DNA of 39,766 nucleotides from an uncultured bacterium (GTDB taxonomy: Bacteria; Bacillota; Clostridia; Lachnospirales; Lachnospiraceae), in NCBI GenBank assembly GCA_945871045.1, contig CAMBUC010000001.1:1-39766 (forward strand), given 5' to 3'. How positions within the stretch are numbered: position 1 is the stretch's first letter; each line of letters opens with the position of its first letter. A program made the translations under genes and the position numbers. Shown here piece after piece: positions 26,979 through 36,356 of this stretch. The notes beneath the pieces were generated by a model, which saw only the letters and a list, made by a program, of their open reading frames with translations, was not told where the DNA came from and searched no databases.

Positions 26979-27485
26979 ATGAAATTATCCGAACTGATGG
27001 CAGGTTATACGCCGGATGAGGAGTATGCCGGCATTACAAACACAGATGATTTTGTACTGGCAATCGATATTGCAGATACGCCCAGCACAAAAAAGGGAGA
27101 ATACATTGTCGTAGAAACCGGTGTGACAGCGGTAGATGCGCAGCTGAATCCGGAGACAGAAGATAAAACTTATTTAAGAGCGGGAAAGAGTACCAACAAA
27201 ACGGCGACCCAGCGGACTTTCAATGTCACTGGAGATCGGTTCGAGGGAGACGAATTCCAGGATTATGCTTGCAGCCATGCAATTAAATTCGGCAAGGGTC
27301 AGAAAATCGTCAAGCCTTATGTATATTTTTCATTGCTCACAGGCAAAGGGGAAAGCGGTCAGGCGGCGATTATTGTAAACTCCGATGGATCCGGAGATGC
27401 AGGCGCGGCAGCAGAGGTGGATATCGATATCATGTGCAACAATTCTGCCCCGGTGGAATATACCTACGCCGCAGACAGTGAGTAG
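26979..27485 (+). CDS. Major tail tube protein
   Basis: 168 aa acidic, beta-rich; LNPET..TY..TQRTF.VTGDR..GD.FQD. Confidence 0.8.
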   Translation: MKLSELMAGYTPDEEYAGITNTDDFVLAIDIADTPSTKKGEYIVVETGVTAVDAQLNPETEDKTYLRAGKSTNKTATQRTFNVTGDRFEGDEFQDYACSHAIKFGKGQKIVKPYVYFSLLTGKGESGQAAIIVNSDGSGDAGAAAEVDIDIMCNNSAPVEYTYAADSE

Positions 27486-27495
27486 GAGGATAGGA

Positions 27496-27981
27496 ATGGA
27501 AACATACAGAGTCAATGGCTACGAGGTGGAGTTTGATATCTTTGATCTTACAAATCTGGAACTCTTTGAGTCAGAAAGAAATTTCGCCATGAAGAGAGCT
27601 GAGGAAATGCAGGCTGGTGTTACCGATGGTAACGCGTTAGAGACGCTTCATGAAATGTGTGAGATCGTTCGGGACTTTTTCGATGTCGTGCTGGGAGAGG
27701 GGATCTCCAATAAAATTTTTGGAGCGCGAAGAAACGTCATGACCGAAATGTCAGCCTTGACGAAATTTCTGCAGGACGTGTCTGATGTAATGGATCGTGC
27801 GAAAACACAGATTCTGCAGGTGGAATCGAATTCGCCAACGCGTCCTCCTATGAATCGCCAGCAGAGAAGAGAGGCGGAACGTAAAGCAGAAAGAGAAAAG
27901 CGCAGACAGGAGGCAGCGCAGCGTGCGAAATCCAACGCGGACACTGCAGGAAGCTCGCTGAATACGTCAGTTGAAGCGTAA
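27496..27981 (+). CDS. Tail assembly chaperone
   Basis: FFDVVLGEG...IFG..NRQQRR; SD AGGAGG. Confidence 0.75.
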   Translation: METYRVNGYEVEFDIFDLTNLELFESERNFAMKRAEEMQAGVTDGNALETLHEMCEIVRDFFDVVLGEGISNKIFGARRNVMTEMSALTKFLQDVSDVMDRAKTQILQVESNSPTRPPMNRQQRREAERKAEREKRRQEAAQRAKSNADTAGSSLNTSVEA

Positions 27982-28582
27982 TCCTTTTGAACTGCTGCCG
28001 GATACCGTAAAAGTTGGCGGCGTACAAGTACGTATTAATCCGGATTTTCGCGTCGGTGTTTCGATTGAAACCGAAATGTTACAGGAACATCCGGATGTGG
28101 AAGGTCTGCTGGATCTGTTCTATCCGGTAGGCGTTCCGCAGCCGATAGAGGAAGCGGCCGAGCAGATGATTCGGTTTTATGCCGGAGAAAAAGAGGAAGA
28201 AAACGGAGAGGTACCGAAGATGATTTCTGCATCGAAGGGACGAATCTATGATTTTTCTCTGGATGCCGATGCTCTGACCGCTTCTTTTGCGCAAGCCTAC
28301 GGCATTGATCTGGAACATGACTTAATGCACTGGTGGAAGTTTCGCCGGCTGATGTTCGGTCTCCCTGCAGATACATCTTTTATGCAGCGAATCCATATTC
28401 GCAGCGTGGACATCAATAAAGTAGATAAGTCTCAGAAGGGCTATTACCGGAAGATGAAAAAACTCTATGCTATCCGGCAGCCGGAAAAGAAGCGGAAAAT
28501 GACCGCGGAAGAACGAAACGAACAGATGCGCCAAAAAGTAGCAAAACGATTTGAGGAGGCGCAGGCACATGCAGAAAATTAA
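27971..28582 (+). CDS. A118 Gp15-family tail assembly protein
   Basis: INPDFR..YDF..DA....SF.QAYGIDL....MHWWKF. Confidence 0.85.
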   Translation: MKRNPFELLPDTVKVGGVQVRINPDFRVGVSIETEMLQEHPDVEGLLDLFYPVGVPQPIEEAAEQMIRFYAGEKEEENGEVPKMISASKGRIYDFSLDADALTASFAQAYGIDLEHDLMHWWKFRRLMFGLPADTSFMQRIHIRSVDINKVDKSQKGYYRKMKKLYAIRQPEKKRKMTAEERNEQMRQKVAKRFEEAQAHAEN

Positions 28583-28718
28583 ATGTCCGTACTGCGGCTA
28601 TGTGATGCCTCTAACCCGCACAAAAAGCGCGGTGTGCAGAGGCCTTTTTATCAAGTGTAAAGGCCGCCGATGCGGACGTATTTTTGAGATCAAAATACCG
28701 GAACGAGAAATCAAGTAG
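28569..28718 (+). CDS. 49-aa Com-like zinc-ribbon protein (not in ORF track)
   Basis: SD GAGGAGG; MQKIKCPYCG..GLFIKCKGRRCGRIFEIKI. Confidence 0.75.
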   Translation: MQKIKCPYCGYVMPLTRTKSAVCRGLFIKCKGRRCGRIFEIKIPEREIK

Positions 28719-28768
28719 CGCCTGAGAGCCGATGATTTCGCCACGATGAAAAGGAGGTGGGATCATTG
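28716..28768 (+). promoter_or_regulatory. Tandem NAGNGCC boxes plus SD-occluding hairpin of tape-measure gene
   Basis: TAGCGCC-T-GAGAGCC, then ATGATTTCGCC (28732-42) pairs with GGTGGGATCAT (28756-66). Confidence 0.65.
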
Positions 28769-31700
28769 GCAGACGGCAGTGTGGTTATCGAAATTTCCGG
28801 AGATGACAACGAATTTAAAAAATCGCTTGCGGGCTTAAAGTCAGACAGTAAAAAAAGTGCTGGTGAACTGGAACAGTTAGGTCAGTCCGGGAAAGAAGCC
28901 GGGAGTGAGATTCGCAAAGGAATGAAGGACGCATCCTCCGGTATGGACGATGTGAAAGACTCCGCCGGTGATGGACAGCAGGCCATCGGAAAGATGGGAA
29001 AAGAGTCGGAAGGGGCGAAGAAGTCCCTGAAAGACATGGCTTCAGGGATGCTCTCTTCCTTTAAGGAAATTTCAGGATCCGCAGGAGGGCTGAGCGAAAA
29101 AATCGGAAGTCTCGGTGGAATGATGAAAGCGGCGTTTGCAGCAGGCACTGTTATTGAAGGAATCAAAGCGATTTCCGGAGCTTTTCAGACAGCCATTGAA
29201 AAGTCTACAGAGTTTCAGCAGTCATTGAATCAGCTGCAGGCATCCACCGGAGCCAGCGCGGAACAGATGAAGGAATACGAGTCGGTCATGGAATCCCTGT
29301 GGAGTAATAACTTCGGAGAATCCATGGATGATCTGGCAGATGCAATCTCTGCGGTAAAGCGAAATCTCGGAGATATGGATGCTTCCGCAATGGAAAATGT
29401 CACGGCGCAGGCAATCACTCTGCGGGATACCTTTGAGTACGATATCGCGGAATCTACGAAAGCGGCGAAAGCCATGATGAAGAACTTCGGTGTGTCTGCA
29501 GAGCAGGCGTTTAACCTGATCGCCGCCGGCGCGCAGAACGGGCTGGACTATTCCGGAGAGATGCTGGATTCCATCAGTGAGTATTCGGTGCAGTTTGCGA
29601 AGATGGGATTTTCCGCAGATGAGATGTTTCATATTCTGCAGACCGGCGCGGACGCAGGTGCTTTTAACTTAGACAAGATTGGGGATGCAATCAAAGAAAA
29701 CGCCATACGCGTCATCGATTTGTCCGATACGTCTCGCGGTGCTTTTCAGAGTCTGGGCTTAAACATCAAAGATATGGAGAAGAAGTTCGCCGCTGGCGGA
29801 GAATCTGCCAATCAGGCATTCGAGCAGGTAGTCACCGGGCTGTCTCTGATCAAAGATCCGCTGAAGCAGAATGAGATCGGTGTGGCTCTTTTCGGTACCA
29901 TGTGGGAAGATCTCGGACCGCGGGTAGTAACTCAGCTGGCAAATATCTCCGATAAAGCCTATGCGTCATCTGATGCAATGCAGCAGATGATGAATGTCAA
30001 GTATGATGACTTCAACAGCGCGCTGGAAGGTGCCCGGCGGTCGATGGATGTCTTTTTTAAGAACATTGGAGATCAGTTCACGCCTCAGCTGACCTCTGCG
30101 ATGGGAGCAGTCGCGCAGGGAATCCAGAGTGTTACTGCAGGTATGAAAGAGAATGGATTCACGGGAGCCCTGGAAGCAGCTCATTCCACGTTACAGGGAT
30201 TTATCGGTGGAATTCAGGAAAATCTCCCTTCCATGATTGCTTCCGGAGGGGAGATGATCCTGCAGTTCATTACGGGCGCTGTCTCTTTTCTGCCGGAAAT
30301 TTTAAGTATTGGCGCCAGCATTGTTACCAGTGTGATCGAAGGTATCGCACAAATGCTGCCGGAACTGCCTGGTATTGCCGCAGATGCGATTGTGTCCTTT
30401 CTCGACGGTCTGACGTCAGGAGATAGTCAGATGATAGGGAAGGGCGCGGAACTTCTGCTGAAAGTTATCGAAGGTATTATCAAGATGATTCCGGAGCTGA
30501 TTGTCGCTACTGGACGGATTCTTGCAGCTTTAGGTGAGGCTCTGGCGAATGGACTTTCTTCTATGCTGGAAAAGGGCGTAGAACTGGCGAAGAGTGTCAT
30601 CTCAGGGATCGCAAATAAACTGCCGGAGATTTTAGCTAAGGGTAAGGAGATCGTCTCCAATGTAGCCAGTGGTATTGTAGAAGGAATTGGCGCTGTATTG
30701 GATGGCGCCGCCCAAGTCGTGAGTACCATTGTCACGACACTAAGAGATGCCATTGACAAAGTCAAAGAAGTTGGCCGCAACATCATCGAAGGCCTGTGGA
30801 AGGGGATCAAAGAAAAATTCGAATGGGTCAAGGAAAAAGTTTCTGGTGTTGTAGAAGGCATTAAAGGAATTTTCACCGGACTGTTTCAGACAAATTCTCC
30901 ATCTAAGTTCACACAACAGGTAGGCGGTTGGGTCATGGAAGGTCTCGGAAACGGCATAGAAGATAATGCGGATATTCCAATAGATGCCGCAGGTGATGCG
31001 GTTCAGGAGACGAAGGAAGTCTTTCTCGAAGGACTGCAGGATGCCGAACGAGAAGCCGAAAAGATCATCAAAAAAGACTATAAAACCATAGGCCAAGTGC
31101 AGATCGACGAAATGATCAGGGGGCTTGAATCGAAGAAGGAAGATTCTCTGACCGCTTTTGAAAAATTGGTAGAGGATCAGTTCAAGGCATATAAAGATAA
31201 GTCCGGAAGCTTGACAGGGGAATATAAGACTGCTGCGGATCTGCTGATCAGTGAATACAAAGATGCTCTGAATGAAGGCTATAAAGAAGCGGAAACTTTG
31301 GTCAAAGAGCGGATGACTGCTATCGCTACAGAGTATCAGAGCCAGTATGACGACATCATCAAGAAGCGGGACAGCTTGCAGGATGCCCTGTCTTCTGATT
31401 TTGGGGATTTGTTCGCTTTTGAGGATGATACGGTTCAGCTGGAAAATATCGACCGTTCGATTGAGCAGATTCAACAATACAACGATCTTCTGACACAGCT
31501 TAGAGAGGAATATGGCGCGACGGATGAATTCCTTGCGGAGATTACCAGTCTCGGCGCGGATAAAGGTCTGATGGCAGCGAAGAAACTGGTGAATCTCGGT
31601 CAGGAAGAGTTCGGCGCTTATCAGACGAAATGGCTGGAAAAACAGCAGCTGGCGCAGGAAGTAGCCTCGGCCTTTTATGCAGATCAACTGAATACACTGG

Positions 31701-32215
31701 ACAGTGAATTCAATCAAAAATTAGATGAGGCCCTGGCGGATATTCCGGGAGAACTGGAATCCATCGGAAAAGACTCCATGCAGGGCTGGATCGACGGCAT
31801 GAATTCCAAACTGCCGGATTTGGAAGCGAAGGCACGCAGCATTGCCAATCGAGTGATTTCCGCGATGCGGGATGCGATGGATATTCACAGCCCGTCGAAG
31901 AAATCAGCGAAGTTGGTGGGTGTTCCTACAGCGCAGGGGATAGGTGTCGGCTTTGAGCGTGCTTTTCCTCAGGTAATGTCAAAGCTGCGCGGTACTGTGG
32001 ATGTGGAAATGGCACGGACTTCTGCAAGACTCACCGGGGCGGCAAACCGCGGCGGCATCAATGGCACGGTCCGAGAGATCACCAATAATAACACTACAGT
32101 GGAACGAACTGTAGGTGTCGAGGCTACCGGATCCCTGGCAGAACTGATCCGGTTGTTGCGGCTTGAAATTATCAAAGAAGACAAACGTGTCGGAAAGAGC
32201 ATGGTGACAGCATAA
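28766..32215 (+). CDS. Tail tape measure protein
   Basis: ~1150 aa helical; (M)ADGSVVIEI; ALFGTMWEDLG; TNSPSK/IHSPSK; TTG 28766 fits SD AAGGAGGTG. Confidence 0.95.
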   Translation: MADGSVVIEISGDDNEFKKSLAGLKSDSKKSAGELEQLGQSGKEAGSEIRKGMKDASSGMDDVKDSAGDGQQAIGKMGKESEGAKKSLKDMASGMLSSFKEISGSAGGLSEKIGSLGGMMKAAFAAGTVIEGIKAISGAFQTAIEKSTEFQQSLNQLQASTGASAEQMKEYESVMESLWSNNFGESMDDLADAISAVKRNLGDMDASAMENVTAQAITLRDTFEYDIAESTKAAKAMMKNFGVSAEQAFNLIAAGAQNGLDYSGEMLDSISEYSVQFAKMGFSADEMFHILQTGADAGAFNLDKIGDAIKENAIRVIDLSDTSRGAFQSLGLNIKDMEKKFAAGGESANQAFEQVVTGLSLIKDPLKQNEIGVALFGTMWEDLGPRVVTQLANISDKAYASSDAMQQMMNVKYDDFNSALEGARRSMDVFFKNIGDQFTPQLTSAMGAVAQGIQSVTAGMKENGFTGALEAAHSTLQGFIGGIQENLPSMIASGGEMILQFITGAVSFLPEILSIGASIVTSVIEGIAQMLPELPGIAADAIVSFLDGLTSGDSQMIGKGAELLLKVIEGIIKMIPELIVATGRILAALGEALANGLSSMLEKGVELAKSVISGIANKLPEILAKGKEIVSNVASGIVEGIGAVLDGAAQVVSTIVTTLRDAIDKVKEVGRNIIEGLWKGIKEKFEWVKEKVSGVVEGIKGIFTGLFQTNSPSKFTQQVGGWVMEGLGNGIEDNADIPIDAAGDAVQETKEVFLEGLQDAEREAEKIIKKDYKTIGQVQIDEMIRGLESKKEDSLTAFEKLVEDQFKAYKDKSGSLTGEYKTAADLLISEYKDALNEGYKEAETLVKERMTAIATEYQSQYDDIIKKRDSLQDALSSDFGDLFAFEDDTVQLENIDRSIEQIQQYNDLLTQLREEYGATDEFLAEITSLGADKGLMAAKKLVNLGQEEFGAYQTKWLEKQQLAQEVASAFYADQLNTLDSEFNQKLDEALADIPGELESIGKDSMQGWIDGMNSKLPDLEAKARSIANRVISAMRDAMDIHSPSKKSAKLVGVPTAQGIGVGFERAFPQVMSKLRGTVDVEMARTSARLTGAANRGGINGTVREITNNNTTVERTVGVEATGSLAELIRLLRLEIIKEDKRVGKSMVTA

Positions 32216-32610
32216 TGGATGAACTGAAAATCGGAAACAGCATATTTCGGGTAGGGTTGGTGAGCCTTTCCCGAAGTTTTCGTGTAGATGAAAAATATCG
32301 GGTGACCACGGAGGACGGCAAGATCCGCAGGGAAATTCGAGGAATCTATACGGATTATGCAGTAGAAATCGGTGACGTGGATCAGGAACAGTACGATTTG
32401 CTGATCGAAACGCTGACATCTACGGAGGAGAGTCAGACAGTCACACTGCCCTACGGCCGCGTCGGAACGATCACCTTTCAGGCCGCATTTGAGAGTATTT
32501 CCGACGGTATTTCTTATATTGATGAAGACGACGAGGGAAACGATGAATACTTTTGGGACAATCTGACAGTTACCTTTACTGCGTTTGAGCCGAAAGGAGT
32601 GGGCGCATGA
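32215..32610 (+). CDS. Distal tail (Dit-like) protein
   Basis: Coupled to TMP; TEDGKIRRE..VTLPY..W.NLTV.F. Confidence 0.65.
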   Translation: MDELKIGNSIFRVGLVSLSRSFRVDEKYRVTTEDGKIRREIRGIYTDYAVEIGDVDQEQYDLLIETLTSTEESQTVTLPYGRVGTITFQAAFESISDGISYIDEDDEGNDEYFWDNLTVTFTAFEPKGVGA

Positions 32611-34301
32611 GTAGGCATACCAGCGTAGCCGTAGAATACAGTCTATTTGATCGGACGGCATCTCAAGACAACGCGTTTTCCATCGATGAGATTCAGCCCT
32701 TTTCTGATACCGCGGAACTGAACGATGATGAACAGAGAATCGAAAAGTGGGCGACGTTGGAAAATACAGGCTTTCTGATGGATGGGACATTCGAGCTGCC
32801 CCCGGATGACCTGGCGGCGGAGTTTACGGGGGTGTGGTCAAAGGAACTCAGTGGGGAAAACGGAATGCTTTCCTCGCCGCCGGTTTTGTCGATTACCTTC
32901 TCGGAAGCGCATACCTCGGCAGGACTGACGCTGACCTTTTCCGAAGCTACTGAGGACTGGTGCAGCAGCCTGAATATCATCTGGTACGATCAGGCGGGCG
33001 CGCAGATCGCAAACCGTGATTTTTCACCGAATGCAGCTGTGTATTTTTGCGATTGCCAGGTGGAGGATTTTTACGGAATAAAAATCACTTTTTATCGTAC
33101 CAATCAACCGTACCATTTTCTGAAACTGACCGGAATCCGGTACGGAATTCTGATGCAGTTGGACGCACCGAGACTGATAACCTGCTCGGTTCTGGAGGAA
33201 GTGGATCCGATCAGTTCGGAACTCAGCATCAATACGATGACATTCTCTTTTCACAGTGAGAAAGGGGAATTTGATCTGCTGGATCTTACCGGAGCCTATG
33301 TCTTATTTCAGCAGCGGCAGGAAATAAAAGTGCTGGGAGAAATGGACGGCATAAAAATGAATATGGGGACCTTCTATCTGGATGAGCCGAAATCAGATAC
33401 CGATAGTACTGTGACGATGCAGTGCATCGACCTCGTAGGAGTTATGGACGATACGGAATATCTGGGCGGTTACTGGCCGGAGGGCATTGCCGCCGAAGAT
33501 CTGATTGTAAAAATCATGACTTCTGCAGGGGTGGAACCGGATCTGTTTGAGATCAAAAACGATCTAAGCGGCCGGAAAATTTACGGTTATCTGCCGATCT
33601 GTACGCATCGAGAGGCACTGCAGCAGGTGGCTTTTGCTTTGTGCGCTGTGGTGGACTGTTCCAGATCCGGAGTTCTTACTATCCGATCAGCCAAGCAGGA
33701 AGTGAAAGAAATCCCGCTAAATCGAAAAGTCATTGGCCACACGCAGGAACAGGCGGCTCTGATCACCGGAGTGGAGGTATTTGTAAGTAATTACGCTTTA
33801 GGGGACAGCAGCACAAAACTCTTTGAAGAAGAAAGACCGGCCGGTACGTTTTTTGCGAAGTTTTCCTCCCCTGCAGCAAACGTGACCTGCTCCGGAGGTG
33901 TGATTACAGAAAATGACGTAAATTATGCCAAAATCGACGTAAAAACAGCCGGGATGGTAACCATTACAGGTATCACTTACGAGGAAACAAAGAGCCTGTC
34001 CGGAAGTGTATATGCTGAGAATTTGCCGGCAAATGCGCTGCCAAATGTTCTGCAGATCGAAGACTGTACGTTACATGTCGACGCCCAGGCGCTGGCACAG
34101 CATATTTACGATTACTACCAGCGGCGGATCACCGACACCGGCAGCTTTCTTTTATCAGAAGAAACCGTCGGTGATTTGGTAGAACTGGAAAACTCCAGCG
34201 GAAAGGTACTGGAAGGCGCTGTGGAACAGATGGATATCGATCTGACCGGTGGATTCATAGCGAAGGCGGTGATACGGGGAAATGGAAAATCTGATTTATG
34301 A
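32607..34301 (+). CDS. Tail hub/baseplate protein
   Basis: 564 aa after Dit; MGTFYL, GYLPICTHREALQQVAFA. Confidence 0.7.
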   Translation: MSRHTSVAVEYSLFDRTASQDNAFSIDEIQPFSDTAELNDDEQRIEKWATLENTGFLMDGTFELPPDDLAAEFTGVWSKELSGENGMLSSPPVLSITFSEAHTSAGLTLTFSEATEDWCSSLNIIWYDQAGAQIANRDFSPNAAVYFCDCQVEDFYGIKITFYRTNQPYHFLKLTGIRYGILMQLDAPRLITCSVLEEVDPISSELSINTMTFSFHSEKGEFDLLDLTGAYVLFQQRQEIKVLGEMDGIKMNMGTFYLDEPKSDTDSTVTMQCIDLVGVMDDTEYLGGYWPEGIAAEDLIVKIMTSAGVEPDLFEIKNDLSGRKIYGYLPICTHREALQQVAFALCAVVDCSRSGVLTIRSAKQEVKEIPLNRKVIGHTQEQAALITGVEVFVSNYALGDSSTKLFEEERPAGTFFAKFSSPAANVTCSGGVITENDVNYAKIDVKTAGMVTITGITYEETKSLSGSVYAENLPANALPNVLQIEDCTLHVDAQALAQHIYDYYQRRITDTGSFLLSEETVGDLVELENSSGKVLEGAVEQMDIDLTGGFIAKAVIRGNGKSDL

Positions 34302-34686
34302 TCGAACACAAGCAGATGTAGATGCCGGGTTGGATAAGGCGAGAGCCAGTGTGGATTTTTTGAATCGTATTGAAAGCTGGTGCGCCTATCTGGCGGAGAG
34401 GTTAAGAGAGTACGGATATGCAATTGTAACGAATACACGAAAAAAAACGTGGATGATGTCAGACTTTCCTTATCGTTCTGAAATCGACCGGATCCGGCAT
34501 AATGTCGATAATTTACAGCAGGGCTTTTACAGTCTTCCGGATTGGCGGGAGATCGTGTATAACAATACCATAGATTTTAACCAGGCGAACGCACTTGAAT
34601 GGGATCTACAGACCATTGACATCTGGCTGCAGCGAATGATGGCAGCCTTTTTTTATTGCGGTGAATTATACAGTGGGGAGGTGTAG
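34282..34686 (+). CDS. Tail tip protein
   Basis: LIYDRTQADVD..LNRIE..QANALE..FYCGELYSGEV. Confidence 0.7.
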   Translation: MENLIYDRTQADVDAGLDKARASVDFLNRIESWCAYLAERLREYGYAIVTNTRKKTWMMSDFPYRSEIDRIRHNVDNLQQGFYSLPDWREIVYNNTIDFNQANALEWDLQTIDIWLQRMMAAFFYCGELYSGEV

Positions 34687-34689
34687 TAA

Positions 34690-34860
34690 ATGGCGGATAC
34701 CATCACGATCACGCTGCCAGACATTACCTTGGTCAGCCTTACTCCAAATCCCGTCAATACGAACGCAGCACTTAAAATATCCGTAAAAGCAACTGAAATC
34801 AGTAAAATACTTTATCCGGAGTGGTTTTACTCCGGAGATATTTACACAGGGGAGGAATAA
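34690..34860 (+). CDS. 56-aa tail protein with N-half Ig segment (not in ORF track)
   Basis: SD GGAGGTG; LPDITLVSLTPNPVNTNAALKISVKATE..FYSGDIYTGEE. Confidence 0.75.
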   Translation: MADTITITLPDITLVSLTPNPVNTNAALKISVKATEISKILYPEWFYSGDIYTGEE

Positions 34861-35754
34861 ATGGCAATTAAAGGAGTGAAAGCCGTAATCAACGGTCAGA
34901 CTTATAATCTTACTCTGAACTCTGGAACCGGAAAGTACGAAGCGACTGTAACAGCGCCCGCAGAGTCTTCTTATAATCAACCCGGACATTACTATAATGT
35001 TCAGGTGACAGCAGAAGATGACGCGGGCAATACGACCACGAAAGACGCCTCGGACGGTACGCTCGGCGCATCGTTACAGCTCCAGGTAAAGGAAAAAGTT
35101 GCACCGATCATCACAATCACCGCCCCGACTGAAGGTGCGACAATCACAAACAATAAGCCTACTATCGCTTGGGCGGTTACGGATGAAGACTCCGGTGTGG
35201 ATCCAGACACGATTTCGATTAAGATCGACAGTGGGTCCGTTATTACGTCTGGCATATCCAAAACAGCATCGGGTAAGGGCTTTACCTGTAGCTATACACC
35301 AACGACGGCGTTATCGGATGGATCTCATACAATTACAGTCAATGCATCAGATTACGACGGAAATGCAGCAACAGCGAAAACAACTACTTTCAAAGTGGAT
35401 ACTGTTCCACCTACGTTATCTGTCATTTCGCCGGAAGAAGGTCTTGTAACGAATCAGGCTACTATCACGGTTTCTGGTACGACAAATGATGCGACGTCAT
35501 CACCGGTGACATTGACTATCAATTCCGATCCTGTCGAAGTTGGAGCAGACGGTGCTTTCTCCACCACCATCACACTTAACAGCGGAGAGAACACAATTAC
35601 AATTATTGCTACTGATTCTGCAGGCAAGAGCACGACGGTAACGAGACATGTGACGCTTGATACTGGTGCGCCGGTCTTCCAGTCCGTAACGATAACACCA
35701 AATCCGGTAGATGCTGGAAAGACTTTTGTCATCAGTGTTGAGGTAACCGACTGA
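34861..35754 (+). CDS. Ig-like repeat tail protein
   Basis: Thr-rich; AEDDAGN, ASDYDGN, ATDSAGK, VDTVPP, LDTGAP motifs. Confidence 0.88.
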   Translation: MAIKGVKAVINGQTYNLTLNSGTGKYEATVTAPAESSYNQPGHYYNVQVTAEDDAGNTTTKDASDGTLGASLQLQVKEKVAPIITITAPTEGATITNNKPTIAWAVTDEDSGVDPDTISIKIDSGSVITSGISKTASGKGFTCSYTPTTALSDGSHTITVNASDYDGNAATAKTTTFKVDTVPPTLSVISPEEGLVTNQATITVSGTTNDATSSPVTLTINSDPVEVGADGAFSTTITLNSGENTITIIATDSAGKSTTVTRHVTLDTGAPVFQSVTITPNPVDAGKTFVISVEVTD

Positions 35755-36071
35755 TGGTCAAGCGTGTGTTTGGTGCGGTAGATAATCAGGATGTGGTATT
35801 TACTCCGAATATCGATACGGGGCTGTGGGAAACTACAGTCCCCGCAGATGTGGACGGAGAATACGTCACAGAACTGTATGCGGAAGATGAGGCCGGCAAT
35901 ATCAGCTATATGGCTACCGTCCTGTTTGCTGTCGATACGTCAAATATGTGTGTGCGTGTTAAGGTGATTCGCTATGCGACGGAAAGCAGTTTGATAGATT
36001 ATGATGCGGATTGTAGTCTTACGGATATCCGCGCGGAGATCATCCGCTGTGAACTGTGCGGGAGATGGTAG
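35754..36071 (+). CDS. Partial Ig-like (PF13754-like) protein
   Basis: GLWETTVP..DGEY..ELYAEDEAGNISY. Confidence 0.75.
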   Translation: MVKRVFGAVDNQDVVFTPNIDTGLWETTVPADVDGEYVTELYAEDEAGNISYMATVLFAVDTSNMCVRVKVIRYATESSLIDYDADCSLTDIRAEIIRCELCGRW

Positions 36072-36080
36072 GTGATAATC

Positions 36081-36347
36081 ATGAATACAGTGAACATGCT
36101 TATAGGTGAGCGTAGACGTTTGACAGTACGTATTACTGCAGGTGGGCAGGATTTTACGATTCGGAATCCAAAATATGAGTTGATGCGTAGCGGAGAGGTA
36201 ATCGCCTCAGGCACACCGACTGTCAGCGGAAATGATTTGATCTGTATGCTTGAGCCGCCGGTCGCAGGAGGGTATACAATGGAGTTTACATTCGAGATCG
36301 CGGGAGAGATTGTAAAAAAACGAGTAACGATCTTGGTAGAAAAGTGA
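36081..36347 (+). CDS. Small beta-rich tail protein
   Basis: GERRRL..GGYTMEFTFEIAGEIVK. Confidence 0.65.
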   Translation: MNTVNMLIGERRRLTVRITAGGQDFTIRNPKYELMRSGEVIASGTPTVSGNDLICMLEPPVAGGYTMEFTFEIAGEIVKKRVTILVEK

Positions 36348-36356
36348 GGCTTGAAA

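Noticed and set aside
27900-27981. Programmed -1 frameshift between tail chaperones
   Set aside because: The next gene is in the +1 frame with a stop just upstream of its start, and no slippery heptamer is evident
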